NCBI GenBank assembly: GCA_019359285.1
Contig: JAHHHQ010000047.1
Span: forward strand, 24,903-88,902
Length of the DNA: 64,000 nucleotides
Source of the DNA: Nodosilinea sp. WJT8-NPBG4
GTDB taxonomy: Bacteria; Cyanobacteriota; Cyanobacteriia; Phormidesmidales; Phormidesmidaceae
Direction: 5' to 3'
Made by a program: the position numbers and the translations under genes. The notes beneath the pieces are model-generated. The model saw only the letters and a list, made by a program, of their open reading frames with translations, was not told where the DNA came from and made no database searches. The stretch's first letter is position 1. Each line of letters begins with the position of its first letter. Shown here piece by piece: positions 36,591-46,861 of the stretch.

Positions 36591-38216
36591 ATGAATCCCT
36601 GTGGCTTGAGCGGGCAATCCTCCGCCTCCTCTAGTCGTCAACCGTTCCAATTAATTCTTTCGTGGCGCTGCGGCGTTTCCACTGTGATTGAAGCCCAAGT
36701 ACACCAACAACTGCGCGCGCTGCTGCGGGAATGGGGAGAGCCGAGTTGGCCCCACCACCTGACGCTGGCGCGGTTAGTGGCGCGGGCGCTGCGGCTGGGG
36801 CGCAGTGCGTTGATGCAGGTGGGTGGCCTGTCGGGTTATCAGGGCGAGTATCGCCTCAGCTATCTGATTGCGCTGATGATGTGGCCCGGCCCGGCGGTGG
36901 TGGTGGCCCCGGACTCCACCGCCCAGCGGGTGCTGATGGTTGATATTCCTCGGCTGCAAGAAAAGCTGCGACTGCGGAAGCCGGTTCAGATGGGCGATCG
37001 CTGGCCTGGCGACGGGTTCGACGGGCTGCTGATCACTACCCCCAAGGCCTGGCTGGGCGATCGCTTGGAAGGGGATCACCAGTTCCCTGACGGCATTCCC
37101 ACACTCATTGACGATGCCGACAACCTCGAACTGTGGCTGCACCAGCAGCTCACCGTTGACCTCGGCACCCTCGACTGGACCCACCTAGCGCTGGCCTACC
37201 CCGACCACCAGGGCCTCATTCAAGACACCCACGTGGCCTTGACCCACACAGCCTTTCAACGCCCGGCCAATCCCTACCACCGCTACCTGCTCGAAGAAGG
37301 CGATAGCCAGCAACTCCAGCGCCTGCATCAGGTGTTGACCGCCAGCCGCGCCACGGTGCCCCAATCCGAGGGGCCAATGCCGCCCCAGTGGGCGAAGTTC
37401 TGGCAGCGGTTTAACCCACCCGACCACCTGCTCTGGTTCTCGGTCGATCGCGATCGCGGCCATATGGCACTGCACTGCGCTCCAGTAGAACTCGCCACCG
37501 CTATGACTTCCGTGTGGCCCCGCCAGCCAGTGGTGTTAATTGGCGCCGCCCTTGACCCTGACGAAGCGGCCGAAAACTTTCGCCAGCGCCTGGGGCTGGG
37601 CGATCTCACCTGCCTACAGTTCCCTCCCAATCGGCAAAACGACGCGATTCAGCTCTACCTGCCCACCCATCTGCCCCTGCCCAACACCCCCCAGTTTCAG
37701 GGGGTGCTGCACCAAGAAATTCGCCGTTTGCTAAACGTCGCCCGTCCCCAAATCTCTGGCCCCACGGTAATCTTGCTAGATGATTTGCCCCTGAAGGGAC
37801 AACTGGGGGCGAGGCTAGCCGGAGAGTTTGGCTCGCGGGTGCAGGTGGAGAATGCCACCATCGACGCCAACGGCATTCTTGTGAGCGGCTGGGCATTTTG
37901 GCGGCAGCACCAGGCGCAGATACCACCCCCGGCGCTGCTAATTATCGCGACCCTGCCCCTGCCTTCCCTAGAAAACCCAATGGTGGCGGGGCGTGTGGCC
38001 TATCACAAGCGGCGGCGGCAGGACTGGTTTCGGCTGTACCTCTTCCCCACGGCGGTGACGGAGCTGCAGCGGGCCGTAGCCCCATCGCGGCTGCATGGGG
38101 GCACCGTGGCGCTGCTCGATACCCGCGTTCACTACCGCAGTTATGGGGCGCAGATCTTAGAGGCGCTAAGCCCAGCGGCCTGCACGCGATCGCTGCCCAC
38201 CCAGTGGGGGCCTTAG
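36591..38216 (+). CDS. DinG/Rad3-like helicase-family protein with an apparently degenerate Walker A
   Basis: WPHHLTLARLVARALRLGRSALMQVGGLSGYQGEY aligns to the DinG region (HQ..MA..V..AL......IEAGTGTGKT) but lacks GKT/S. The C-terminus ALLDTRVHYRSYGAQILEAL resembles the DinG tail. Start uncertain. Confidence 0.5.
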   Translation: MNPCGLSGQSSASSSRQPFQLILSWRCGVSTVIEAQVHQQLRALLREWGEPSWPHHLTLARLVARALRLGRSALMQVGGLSGYQGEYRLSYLIALMMWPGPAVVVAPDSTAQRVLMVDIPRLQEKLRLRKPVQMGDRWPGDGFDGLLITTPKAWLGDRLEGDHQFPDGIPTLIDDADNLELWLHQQLTVDLGTLDWTHLALAYPDHQGLIQDTHVALTHTAFQRPANPYHRYLLEEGDSQQLQRLHQVLTASRATVPQSEGPMPPQWAKFWQRFNPPDHLLWFSVDRDRGHMALHCAPVELATAMTSVWPRQPVVLIGAALDPDEAAENFRQRLGLGDLTCLQFPPNRQNDAIQLYLPTHLPLPNTPQFQGVLHQEIRRLLNVARPQISGPTVILLDDLPLKGQLGARLAGEFGSRVQVENATIDANGILVSGWAFWRQHQAQIPPPALLIIATLPLPSLENPMVAGRVAYHKRRRQDWFRLYLFPTAVTELQRAVAPSRLHGGTVALLDTRVHYRSYGAQILEALSPAACTRSLPTQWGP

Positions 38217-38333
38217 GGCGGAGCAGTGAAATTCTAGAATGTGGGAACGCTGGTTACACCAGAGGGCGATCGGTGAACTCAACCAAAATACTTTGTTCAC
38301 TGGACTTGAACTGTATTCCCTAGGTGTTGTGAC

Positions 38334-38876
38334 ATGCACCAAGCCCCTGCCCAACTCATGACAGACCGGCTGATTTTACGACGCCCGTCCCTTGCCGATA
38401 CAGCGGCTATTTATGAATTCGGTCGCGATCCTGAAGTAGCCCGCTATATGGACTGGCCCAGGCACACCAGCATTCAAGATGCTATTGAAGTGTTGAAAAG
38501 CTTTGCTGCTCAATGGGAATCTGGCAGTGAGTTCTGTTGGGCAATCACTACCAAGACTGAGAACGCCGTGATTGGGGCGATCGCATGCCGGATAGAGAGC
38601 CCCAGGGCAGATTTTGGTTATGTTCTAAACCGCCGCTATTGGGGGCAAGGGTTGGCGACAGAAGCAGTCAGGGCAGTGGTGTCGTGGGTAATGAACCTGC
38701 CCGAGATCGATCGCATCTGGGCAACGTGCGACACAGAAAATCTTGCATCAGCGCGAGTTTTGGAAAAGGCAGGCCTACGGCGTGAAGGAACATTGCCTCG
38801 GTCCACCATTCGCCCTAATCTTTCGCCCACACCACGAGACACATTCATCTTCGCCAAAGTACGAGATCCGGTATGA
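38334..38876 (+). CDS. GNAT-family N-acetyltransferase (RimJ/RimL-like)
   Basis: LILRRPSLADTAAIYEF...RYWGQGLATEAVRAVVSWV...RIWATCDTENLASARVLEKAGLRREG is the acetyl-CoA binding motif region. Confidence 0.85.
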   Translation: MHQAPAQLMTDRLILRRPSLADTAAIYEFGRDPEVARYMDWPRHTSIQDAIEVLKSFAAQWESGSEFCWAITTKTENAVIGAIACRIESPRADFGYVLNRRYWGQGLATEAVRAVVSWVMNLPEIDRIWATCDTENLASARVLEKAGLRREGTLPRSTIRPNLSPTPRDTFIFAKVRDPV

Positions 38877-38975
38877 CAATCTCGCTGTCAGTTAAGGTCC
38901 GTCGCAAGTCGCGGGCCCGAATGACATCAAATCATTTAATCTGATGATGAGTAGAGCATGTAGCGGCGTAGACCC

Positions 38976-39191
38976 ATGGGCGAATCAAAACGACGCAAAG
39001 AGCAGCTGGGCGAAAAGTACGGTCAGTCAGAGCCAATTTTACCCTGGCTGCCAATTACCAAAGATCAGTCACAGCAGTTCATGAAGTGGACTGCCCGAGG
39101 TACTTGGGGTTCCATTGTGCTGATCATCGCTTTTTGGATCACGCTGCGGTTTATTGGCCCCAGCTTGGGCTGGTGGACGCTGGCGGATTAG
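38976..39191 (+). CDS. Small membrane protein (DUF2839-like)
   Basis: MGESKRRKEQLGEKYGQ... followed by one TM helix. Resembles a small family conserved in cyanobacteria and plants (from memory). Confidence 0.5.
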   Translation: MGESKRRKEQLGEKYGQSEPILPWLPITKDQSQQFMKWTARGTWGSIVLIIAFWITLRFIGPSLGWWTLAD

Positions 39192-39391
39192 AGTGAGCCA
39201 GATAGGGCTCAGTTTTGGCTTTGTCAGCTGTCTGTGTCCTAAAGTTTTCTGGCCAGCGCTGCATTTCAAGGTTTGAAGACAAAGCCGAGGCAAATTTCCC
39301 GCCAGCGCTAAGAAATCGTAACTGATGCTTTCCGTCTCCCTTTGATTCTGGGTAGAGTGGGGGAGGTGATTGCGCGGGAGCTTACGGGTAT

Positions 39392-41605
39392 ATGCTGAGT
39401 CAACAGCAGTCTGGCCCCCAGCGGGGAGAGCCCTTGACAGAAGGGGTAGCTAAAGATTTCAGTCTAGTTATTGATGAAGCCGACTCGGCCCTGGGGCTAT
39501 CTGAGGTGATGGTGCCGGTACCCCAGAGCCGGAACCAGTCTTGGCGGCTGCTGCTGATTACTCTGCTGAGCTGTTTCGCCGCCAGCGGCGCGGCGCTAGG
39601 GGCATTTTTCTGGCTAATCAATCTGCCCCCTACCGCCAACTGTGACAACCCAGCCTCGGTAACGACCGATCGCGCCCAGCTATTTTGTGCCCAGGTGGCA
39701 GCTGAGTCGGGGGCACTGCCCGATGTGCTGACTGCCCTCGACCTGGCGGGTAGCTGGACGAATGGACACCCCCTCTACTATGAAGTGCAGCCTCTGATTG
39801 AGCAGTGGTCGTGGGTGGTGCTCAAGGCCGCTGAGCAGGAGCTGCGCAGCAACGGCAGCATGGAGCAGGCCCAGGCGCTGGTGAGCCATATTCCGGCCGA
39901 AAGCCCGGTATTTGCCACCGCCCAAGAGACCATGCAAACCTGGCAGGGCGAGTGGGAGCAGGGCGAAGCCATCATGGCCACGGCTCAAACCGCGCTCAAG
40001 CAAAAAGATTGGGCCACAGCCTCACAGCAGGTTTTGGCCCTGGCCGAGCTGAATAATTCTCACTGGCGGGTTGGGCAAGTACAGGCTCTGTCGCGTCAGA
40101 TTCGCCTAGAGCGTCGGGCGCAAGAGCTGCTGGGTGAGGCGGTGGCCACTGCGGTCCCCGGTGGCAGCGATCGCCTCGAAGCCGCCCTGCGCACCGCCAT
40201 CCAAATCGATGAGAGCACCTACGCTCGCCAGCAGGTGCAGCCCTACCTCGATCGCTGGAGCGACCTGCTGCTCAAGGTAGGCCAAGACAAGTGGTATTCC
40301 TCAGAACTCGACGCGGCGATCGCCCTGGGTCGCAGCGCTGCCCTCAACCCCAGCCGCGCCAAAGTTGCCCAAGAGCTGATCTGGATTAGCCAAGCCCGTC
40401 AACTGGCCCAGAAAAGCTTGACTACCTGGCGCACCTCCCCAGACCAGCTGGTAACGCTCTACCAGGCCATGCTGCTGGCCAACCGCCTGCCCGCCGATAG
40501 TCCCTACTATCCCCAGGCCCAGTCGAGCGTGGTGAGCTGGCGCAACCACATGGGCGAGCTGGCCCGCCTGCAAACCGCCCAGGCTATTGGGCAGGTGCGC
40601 ACTAAAGAAACGCTAAAAACGGCCATTGGTCAAGCCGCTCAGGTGCCTGTAGGGCATCCCCGTCGAGTGCAGGCCCAGACCATGGTGGCCCACTGGCGGC
40701 AGGAGATCGAGCGACTAGAAGATCGCCCCCTGCTAGTGAAAGCCCACGAGCTGGCCAGCGCCAAAACCTTCGACGGCCTGCGGGAGGCGGTTCAGGCCGC
40801 CAGCGGCATCCCTCTACACCGAGCGCTGCGTGGCGAGGCCCAAAGCTGGGTCTATATCTGGACCAGCGAGCTCCAGGTGATGGAAGATCGCCCCTTGCTT
40901 AGTCGGGCGCGATCGCTAGCCCAGCGGGGCCAACTGTCTCAAGCCATTGTCGAGGCCAGCGCCGTCAAGCCTGGCCGTGCCCTCTACGATGAAGCCAGAG
41001 CTGCGATCGCCGGCTGGCAGGGAGAGATTGCGGCTGCCGAGCGGGCTCGCCTGCGCGCTATCGAACGGGCTGCCGCCCGTCGGGCCGAGGTGCTAGATCC
41101 TGATGAGGCTGCTGCCACAGTGGAGGCTCCCGCTGAAGCATCCCTTGAGGATGCGACGACCTCGCCCCTGGAAGAGGGCCTACCGATGGCCCCCGCGCCA
41201 GTCAACTCCAACCTGGGCTGGCCGCAGTCTCCCTTACCCGATCGCATAGACACCGTCCCTGGGGCTCCAGCTGAGGCAGAAGCTCCTGAGCCGCGATCGC
41301 CTCAGCCTCCCAGTGCTCCTGCAGTAGAACCCACCCCGGTGGATCTCGCTCCAGCTCCCCTACCGGCGGCGATTCCGCCCCGACCGCTGATGGCGCCGCC
41401 GGTCCCGGCCCCTCAGCCTCTCGACTTCGTGCCCGATCCGGCGGCTGCCCCCGCTGGAGAACCCCAGGCGACGCAGCCTGGGGCCCCAGTGATATCGGCC
41501 CAGCCCCAGCCCGAATACCTCGCCCGTGCGCCGATGGGGTTACCCCACGCTGCCAGCCCGAATACCGAAGTGCTGGTTTCGGGTGCGCTCTACGCCGGAC
41601 ATTGA
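39392..41605 (+). CDS. Large hypothetical membrane-anchored protein with internal helical repeats and a Pro-rich C-terminus
   Basis: One TM helix (LLLITLLSCFAASGAALGAFFWLI). Recurring W-x2-E motifs and two EDRPLL copies. The C-terminal ~150 aa are P/A-rich. Confidence 0.65.
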   Translation: MLSQQQSGPQRGEPLTEGVAKDFSLVIDEADSALGLSEVMVPVPQSRNQSWRLLLITLLSCFAASGAALGAFFWLINLPPTANCDNPASVTTDRAQLFCAQVAAESGALPDVLTALDLAGSWTNGHPLYYEVQPLIEQWSWVVLKAAEQELRSNGSMEQAQALVSHIPAESPVFATAQETMQTWQGEWEQGEAIMATAQTALKQKDWATASQQVLALAELNNSHWRVGQVQALSRQIRLERRAQELLGEAVATAVPGGSDRLEAALRTAIQIDESTYARQQVQPYLDRWSDLLLKVGQDKWYSSELDAAIALGRSAALNPSRAKVAQELIWISQARQLAQKSLTTWRTSPDQLVTLYQAMLLANRLPADSPYYPQAQSSVVSWRNHMGELARLQTAQAIGQVRTKETLKTAIGQAAQVPVGHPRRVQAQTMVAHWRQEIERLEDRPLLVKAHELASAKTFDGLREAVQAASGIPLHRALRGEAQSWVYIWTSELQVMEDRPLLSRARSLAQRGQLSQAIVEASAVKPGRALYDEARAAIAGWQGEIAAAERARLRAIERAAARRAEVLDPDEAAATVEAPAEASLEDATTSPLEEGLPMAPAPVNSNLGWPQSPLPDRIDTVPGAPAEAEAPEPRSPQPPSAPAVEPTPVDLAPAPLPAAIPPRPLMAPPVPAPQPLDFVPDPAAAPAGEPQATQPGAPVISAQPQPEYLARAPMGLPHAASPNTEVLVSGALYAGH

Positions 41606-41629
41606 CCCAGCCCAACGCTGATAACGTCT

Positions 41630-42925
41630 CTACTGCCGCTGATCGGCCTCGCCAGTGTTGCTGCGCAGCACCATCTCCTGGTGGCGAATGGTGTTGTTGG
41701 CGATCTCCCACGGAAAGGTGAACGACTCAAACGACTCGCTGGTGATGCGATCAACATCTAGATCGCTCACCACCCGTTTGAGAATGTCAAACAGAGTTTC
41801 CCGCAGGGCCGCCAGTTCCTCCAGCGGTTGAGCCCGATCGATCTGATCGATCAGCGCCAAAATTTCTAGGTTGTAGGTGTCGGCCCGATTTTTTTGCTTG
41901 CCTAACAGCCACGATTGCAGCTGCCACAGGCTCGAAATCCCCAGCACACCCACCGACAGCAGCAGCCCAATGGGTTCGGCATACTCCACCAAAAACTCAG
42001 GCTCGCCCTGGGTATAAAAGGCCTCAGCCCCAGGGTGCAGCGGCAGGCCTAAATCTCCCGAGGTGTCGAGGCGAATTCTGGCGGCGCGGGGATATAGCGC
42101 CACTAGCTCGTTGCGGTTTTGGTGCAGGGTCTGGGTGAGGGCATTCACCACCTTTGGGGGTAGGCTCTCGTGGGCCACTAGCAGAGCGTTTACCGCCACC
42201 GCCGGCAAGTCGGCTGGAGGTACGGGTCGCCCACCGTTATAAGTTCCTTTGGGAATCACTTGGGCTTCGAGGTAGGGCAGTGATAGCTGGAGGGCATCGG
42301 CCTGATCGATGGGAATCAGGCGAGTGGTGCCGGTTTGCAGCAGCTCCCCCACGGCGGGGTTGCCCAGGGTAATGACCCGAAACAGGGCGTCCACCTTTCC
42401 CGTAGCCAGAGCGGCGTGGGCTTGGTCGACGGGCATGGGCAGAACCGTCATGGTGTCTGCACTCAGGCCGTAGTGCTGCACCAGCGGCCAGAACAGAGCG
42501 TAGGAGCCGCTGCCCTCGGGCATGAGGGCGATCCGCTTACCCCGCAGGTCGGCCACGCCGTTGATGTTGGTATCGGTGCGAGCCAGCAGATGGAACATCT
42601 CAGGAAATAGCAGGGCCACCGCCCGTACCGGCGGCTGCACTGGCGTATCGCTCTGCACCAGGGCCAGCTGGGCCGCGTTGGTCTTGAGCAAATCCATATT
42701 TTGCAGAGAGCCGTCAGTTTCTATTACCTCAATGGCAATGGTGGGATGGTTGTGGGCCACCACCTCGGCAAAGGCCTGGCTAAAGGCGTAATATTCACCC
42801 GTGCGGCCACCCGGGGCCAGCACCAGCCGGTAGGTGCGGGTGTGCTCACGCACCAAAAAAAAGGCCGAGGCTACAACCCCCACCAGACTCAGCATCACTA
42901 CCGGCAAGACAACCTTTCCCTGCAT
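41630..42925 (-). CDS. TAXI-family (TRAP-type) solute-binding protein with N- and C-terminal TM helices and a cytoplasmic tail
   Basis: LAPGGRTGEYYAFSQAFAEVV...ETDGSLQNMDLL...LALVQSD is a TAXI signature. Then EPIGLLLSVGVLGISSLWQL (TM) plus a ~100 aa helical tail. Start taken at ATG 42925 (MQGKVV...) to avoid overlap with mrdA. Confidence 0.75.
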   Translation of the reverse strand: MQGKVVLPVVMLSLVGVVASAFFLVREHTRTYRLVLAPGGRTGEYYAFSQAFAEVVAHNHPTIAIEVIETDGSLQNMDLLKTNAAQLALVQSDTPVQPPVRAVALLFPEMFHLLARTDTNINGVADLRGKRIALMPEGSGSYALFWPLVQHYGLSADTMTVLPMPVDQAHAALATGKVDALFRVITLGNPAVGELLQTGTTRLIPIDQADALQLSLPYLEAQVIPKGTYNGGRPVPPADLPAVAVNALLVAHESLPPKVVNALTQTLHQNRNELVALYPRAARIRLDTSGDLGLPLHPGAEAFYTQGEPEFLVEYAEPIGLLLSVGVLGISSLWQLQSWLLGKQKNRADTYNLEILALIDQIDRAQPLEELAALRETLFDILKRVVSDLDVDRITSESFESFTFPWEIANNTIRHQEMVLRSNTGEADQRQ

Positions 42926-43054
42926 AGATCTCCTGGGCCGATATAAAATGGTGACTGGCCGATTTTGCCGTGGGGTGCCCATCCAAGTCCAGCTAGGATG
43001 GGTAGGCTTTCCACCGCAAAACTCCATCTCTGGAATTGGATTGGGTTTACATAT

Positions 43055-44854
43055 ATGGCTCTACTCCAAAATCTACCCTACGTACCCGATACTGTGCGCG
43101 GTCGCACTGTCGGACGCAGCTTTCAGGCCGTGTTCCTAATGGCGCTGGTGTCGGTGCTGCTGGTGGGGGCCTTTGGGCTGCGGCTATTTCAGCTCCAGGT
43201 GGTGGAGGGCGATCGCAACCGTCAGCTGGCTGACACCAACCGCATTCGCCTGGTGCCCAAGCGCCCGGCTCGCGGCACCATCTTCGACCGCAACGGCAAA
43301 ATTATTGCCGGTAGCCGCCTGTCGCACACCATATCAATTTGGCCAATCGCGCTACCCCGCGACCAGTGGCCCATGGTGATTAACCGCCTGTCTAAGGTGC
43401 TCAACGTCCCCCCTGACGAGATTCAAAAGCGCCTAGAGCAGGCGGGCTACGAGTCGATTGAGTCGATTACCATTGCCCGCGGCATTAGCCCCGCCCAGGC
43501 GACAGCCCTGGCCGAATACACCAACGAGCTGCCAGGGGTGCGTCTGGAGGCCGAGGCGGTGCGCAATTACCCCAACGGTGACCTCGCTGCCCACGTCATT
43601 GGCTACACGGGTGAGCTCACCGACGAGCAGCTCAAGGCTCGCCGCGAGCAGGGCTATCGCCTGGGGGATGTGGTGGGGCAGATGGGGGCCGAGGCGGCCT
43701 TTGAGAGCACGCTGCACGGCACCTGGGGTGGTCAGCAGGTGGAGGTGGATAGCGCTGGGCGGATTATCAGCATTTTGGGCGATAAGCCTGCCGTTGCCGG
43801 GAAAGACATTCAGCTCACCATTGACATTGAGCTGCAGCGGGCGGCGGAGGCTGCTCTGGGCAACCGCGAGGGGGCGATCGTTGCCATCGACCCACGCAGT
43901 GGTGCTGTGCTAGCCATGGCCAGTTGGCCCACCTACGACCCCAATATTTTTACTACCCGCATTACTGAGGCCCAGTGGCAGCAGCTTCAGGGCGCTGACC
44001 ACCCCTTTCTCAACCGATCGCTGCAAGCGTTTCCACCGGCCAGCACCTTTAAGATCGTCACCACATCGGCGGCCATAGAGTCGGGCAAGTACGATCCGGG
44101 CACAGTGCTGCCTACCTACCCCTACATTCAGGTGGGGGGCATTCAGTTTGGCGACTGGAACCGGGCGGGCTTTGGCCCCCTGAGTTTCCCTGGCGCGATG
44201 GCCTGGAGTAGTGACACCTTCTTTTACCAGGTGGCAATGCGCATTGGCGGCCCTACTCTGATCGAGATGACCCGCCGCTATGGTTTTGGCCGCAAAACCG
44301 GTATTGAGCTAGGTGCCGAAGAGAGCGCGGGCTTAGTGCCCGACGAAGCCTGGAAGCAAAAAAATCTAGACGAAGATTGGGTGATTGGCGACTCAATCAA
44401 CATGTCTATTGGTCAGGGCTTTATGCAGGCGACGCCGCTTCAAGTGGCCAACATGTTTGCGGTGCCCGCCAACAATGGCTACCGGGTTACCCCTCACCTG
44501 CTCAAAGACAACGAAGAGCACCGCAATTGGAAAGAGTCTCTAGAGCTGAGCGATGCGACGATTGACGTCTTACACCAGGGGCTACGACAGGTAATTACGG
44601 GCGGCACGGGCCAGAGCCTCAACGTGCCCCACCTACCTCCCCTTTCGGGTAAAAGTGGCACCGCTGAAGCGCCGCCTGGCCTTTCCCACGCCTGGTTTGG
44701 GGCCTACGCCCCCATGGAAAAACCCGAGGTGGTGGTTGTGGCTTTTGCCGAACACTCGGGCGGCGGCGGCGGCAAAGTGGCCGCCCCCATGGTGTTGAAG
44801 GTTCTAGAGGCTTACTTCAAAGCCGATCAAAATGCAGCGGCGGCAGCCCCCTAG
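43055..44854 (+). CDS. mrdA: Penicillin-binding protein 2 (elongasome transpeptidase)
   Basis: N-terminal TM, dimerisation domain, PASTFKIVT (SxxK) and GKSGTAE (KTG-like). ATG 43055 is preferred over the track start at 42965. Confidence 0.9.
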   Translation: MALLQNLPYVPDTVRGRTVGRSFQAVFLMALVSVLLVGAFGLRLFQLQVVEGDRNRQLADTNRIRLVPKRPARGTIFDRNGKIIAGSRLSHTISIWPIALPRDQWPMVINRLSKVLNVPPDEIQKRLEQAGYESIESITIARGISPAQATALAEYTNELPGVRLEAEAVRNYPNGDLAAHVIGYTGELTDEQLKARREQGYRLGDVVGQMGAEAAFESTLHGTWGGQQVEVDSAGRIISILGDKPAVAGKDIQLTIDIELQRAAEAALGNREGAIVAIDPRSGAVLAMASWPTYDPNIFTTRITEAQWQQLQGADHPFLNRSLQAFPPASTFKIVTTSAAIESGKYDPGTVLPTYPYIQVGGIQFGDWNRAGFGPLSFPGAMAWSSDTFFYQVAMRIGGPTLIEMTRRYGFGRKTGIELGAEESAGLVPDEAWKQKNLDEDWVIGDSINMSIGQGFMQATPLQVANMFAVPANNGYRVTPHLLKDNEEHRNWKESLELSDATIDVLHQGLRQVITGGTGQSLNVPHLPPLSGKSGTAEAPPGLSHAWFGAYAPMEKPEVVVVAFAEHSGGGGGKVAAPMVLKVLEAYFKADQNAAAAAP

Positions 44855-45204
44855 CTGCGGCTAGCGAGGCTAAAGTTGCGAAAGTGCTGGGCCTGGGCCT
44901 CGATGCGGCAGGCGAGGCGATCGCACACCAATCCGCACAGGTCAAAAATGAGCTCGTCAGCGACGCTATAGTAGGCGGAGGTGCCTTCGGTGCGGCGGCT
45001 GAGAATGCCCGCCTGGAGCATCACCTTGAGGTGCTTGGAGACGTTAGCCTGGCTAGTTTGGGTGGCCTCGACCAGCTCCTGCACGCATTTTTCACCCTCG
45101 CGCAGGAAGTTAAGAATTCGTAGCCGCATTGGCTCACTGAGTACGCTGAAATACTCTGCTACCTGCTGCACAACTTCAGCTGAAACCGGTTCTACAGAGT
45201 CCAT
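44851..45204 (-). CDS. ArsR-family transcriptional regulator
   Basis: AEYFSVLSEPMRLRILNFLREGEKCVQELVEATQTSQANVSKHLKVMLQAGILSRRTEGTSAYY is an ArsR wHTH. Confidence 0.85.
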   Translation of the reverse strand: MDSVEPVSAEVVQQVAEYFSVLSEPMRLRILNFLREGEKCVQELVEATQTSQANVSKHLKVMLQAGILSRRTEGTSAYYSVADELIFDLCGLVCDRLACRIEAQAQHFRNFSLASRS

Positions 45205-45435
45205 TGGGTCTAGGGGGTAGGATCGGGTGTGCGCAAACGATTCTCAGTAATTCTAACAACTATTGTATTTTTACAGTTATCCATAGCGATACAGTCATCA
45301 AATCTTGTCAATTGCTTAGCCATGATCCCCATGGGGTTTAACCGAATTTTAGGAAATGAGTTTTGCTAAGACCTTGGGCCATGGCCCCCGCCATGGGATT
45401 CTTAAAGATAGCGTTCACCCACCCTGAGGATTGCT

Positions 45436-46629
45436 GTGAAAGCCATCACCCTGCTTGGATCAACTGGGTCTATCGGTACCCAGACCCTCGATATTTTGGA
45501 GCACCACCCCGACCAGTTCCGTCTAGTGGGTATTGCCGCAGGGAACAATGTGGAGCTGCTGGCCCAACAGGTGCGCCAGTTTAAGCCCGAGATCGTCGCC
45601 ATCTGCAATCCCGACAAACTAGGTGAACTGCGCGATGCCCTAGCCGGTCTCGACCCTATGCCCCAGCTGCTCGCGGGCGACGACGGAATTGTGGAAGTGG
45701 CCCGCTACGGCGACGCTGAGGCCGTCGTGACAGGCATTGTTGGCTGCGCCGGGCTGCTGCCGACCCTAGCGGCGATCGAGGCGGGCAAAGACATTGCCCT
45801 GGCTAACAAGGAGACCCTCATTGCCGGTGGCCCCGCCGTGCTGCCCCTGGTTGAAAAGCACGGTGTTAAGCTGCTGCCCGCCGACTCCGAGCACTCCGCC
45901 ATTTTCCAGTGCCTCCAGGGGGTGCCCAAGGATGGCCTGCGGCGGATTTTGCTCACCGCTTCCGGTGGTGCCTTCCGCGACTGGCCGGTAGAGAAGCTGG
46001 CCCAGGTAACGGTGGCCGACGCCCTCAAGCACCCCAACTGGTCGATGGGTCGCAAGATCACGGTGGATTCTGCCACCCTGATGAACAAAGGGCTAGAGGT
46101 GATCGAGGCCCACTATCTGTTTGGCATGGATTACGACCAGATCGACATCGTCATCCATCCTCAGAGCATTATTCACTCACTGATTGAGCTGCAAGATACT
46201 TCGGTGCTGGCTCAGCTGGGCTGGCCCGATATGCGCCTGCCGCTGCTCTACGCTCTCTCCTGGCCCGATCGCATCTACACCGACTGGGAACCGCTTGATC
46301 TGGTTAAAGCGGGCGATCTCACCTTCCGCGAGCCCGACCATGCCAAGTATCCCTGTATGGATCTGGCCTACGCCGCTGGGCGGGCAGGTGGGACGATGAC
46401 CGCTGTGCTCAACGCCGCCAACGAGCAGGCCGTGGCGCTCTTCTTAGACGAGAAGATCCATTTCTTAGAAATTCCGCAGGTGATTGAGGGGGTGTGCGAT
46501 CGCCATCGCTCCCACAATGTCACCCAGCCGGTGCTGGCCGATATTCTCGCCGCCGACCAGTGGGCCAGGGCCGAGGCCACTAGCGTTAGCGAGTCGTTGA
46601 CCTCAGCCACTGTCGTTTCAATGGGATAG
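45436..46629 (+). CDS. dxr: 1-deoxy-D-xylulose 5-phosphate reductoisomerase
   Basis: GTG start. (M)[19 protein letters not shown]..., [37 protein letters not shown]. Confidence 0.95.
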   Translation: MKAITLLGSTGSIGTQTLDILEHHPDQFRLVGIAAGNNVELLAQQVRQFKPEIVAICNPDKLGELRDALAGLDPMPQLLAGDDGIVEVARYGDAEAVVTGIVGCAGLLPTLAAIEAGKDIALANKETLIAGGPAVLPLVEKHGVKLLPADSEHSAIFQCLQGVPKDGLRRILLTASGGAFRDWPVEKLAQVTVADALKHPNWSMGRKITVDSATLMNKGLEVIEAHYLFGMDYDQIDIVIHPQSIIHSLIELQDTSVLAQLGWPDMRLPLLYALSWPDRIYTDWEPLDLVKAGDLTFREPDHAKYPCMDLAYAAGRAGGTMTAVLNAANEQAVALFLDEKIHFLEIPQVIEGVCDRHRSHNVTQPVLADILAADQWARAEATSVSESLTSATVVSMG

Positions 46630-46639
46630 GAGGGCATCC

Positions 46640-46840
46640 GTGGAGCTGCTGATTGTATTGGGGGCGATCGTGATTGCGATCGTGGTGTTTGGCTGGGTGT
46701 TTAAGCTGATCAAAAACACCATTCAAACGGTGCTGCTGGTGGCCTTTTTGCTGCTAGCGCTCTACTTCCTCTTTGGCATCGGCCCCGACGCCATTTGGGA
46801 CCAGATTCAAACCTGGCTGGGCGGTGGAGAAAGTAGGTAG
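46640..46840 (+). CDS. Small two-helix membrane protein (hypothetical)
   Basis: 66-aa GTG-initiated ORF, 10 nt after dxr, strongly hydrophobic. Confidence 0.4.
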   Translation: MELLIVLGAIVIAIVVFGWVFKLIKNTIQTVLLVAFLLLALYFLFGIGPDAIWDQIQTWLGGGESR

Positions 46841-46861
46841 GTGGGACTTGAGCTATCAGCG

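Noticed and set aside
41202-41711. 169-aa minus-strand ORF spanning the 3' ends of two real genes
   Set aside because: It is antisense to the Pro-rich tail of the 737-aa protein and has R/G/P-rich composition, so it is a shadow ORF.
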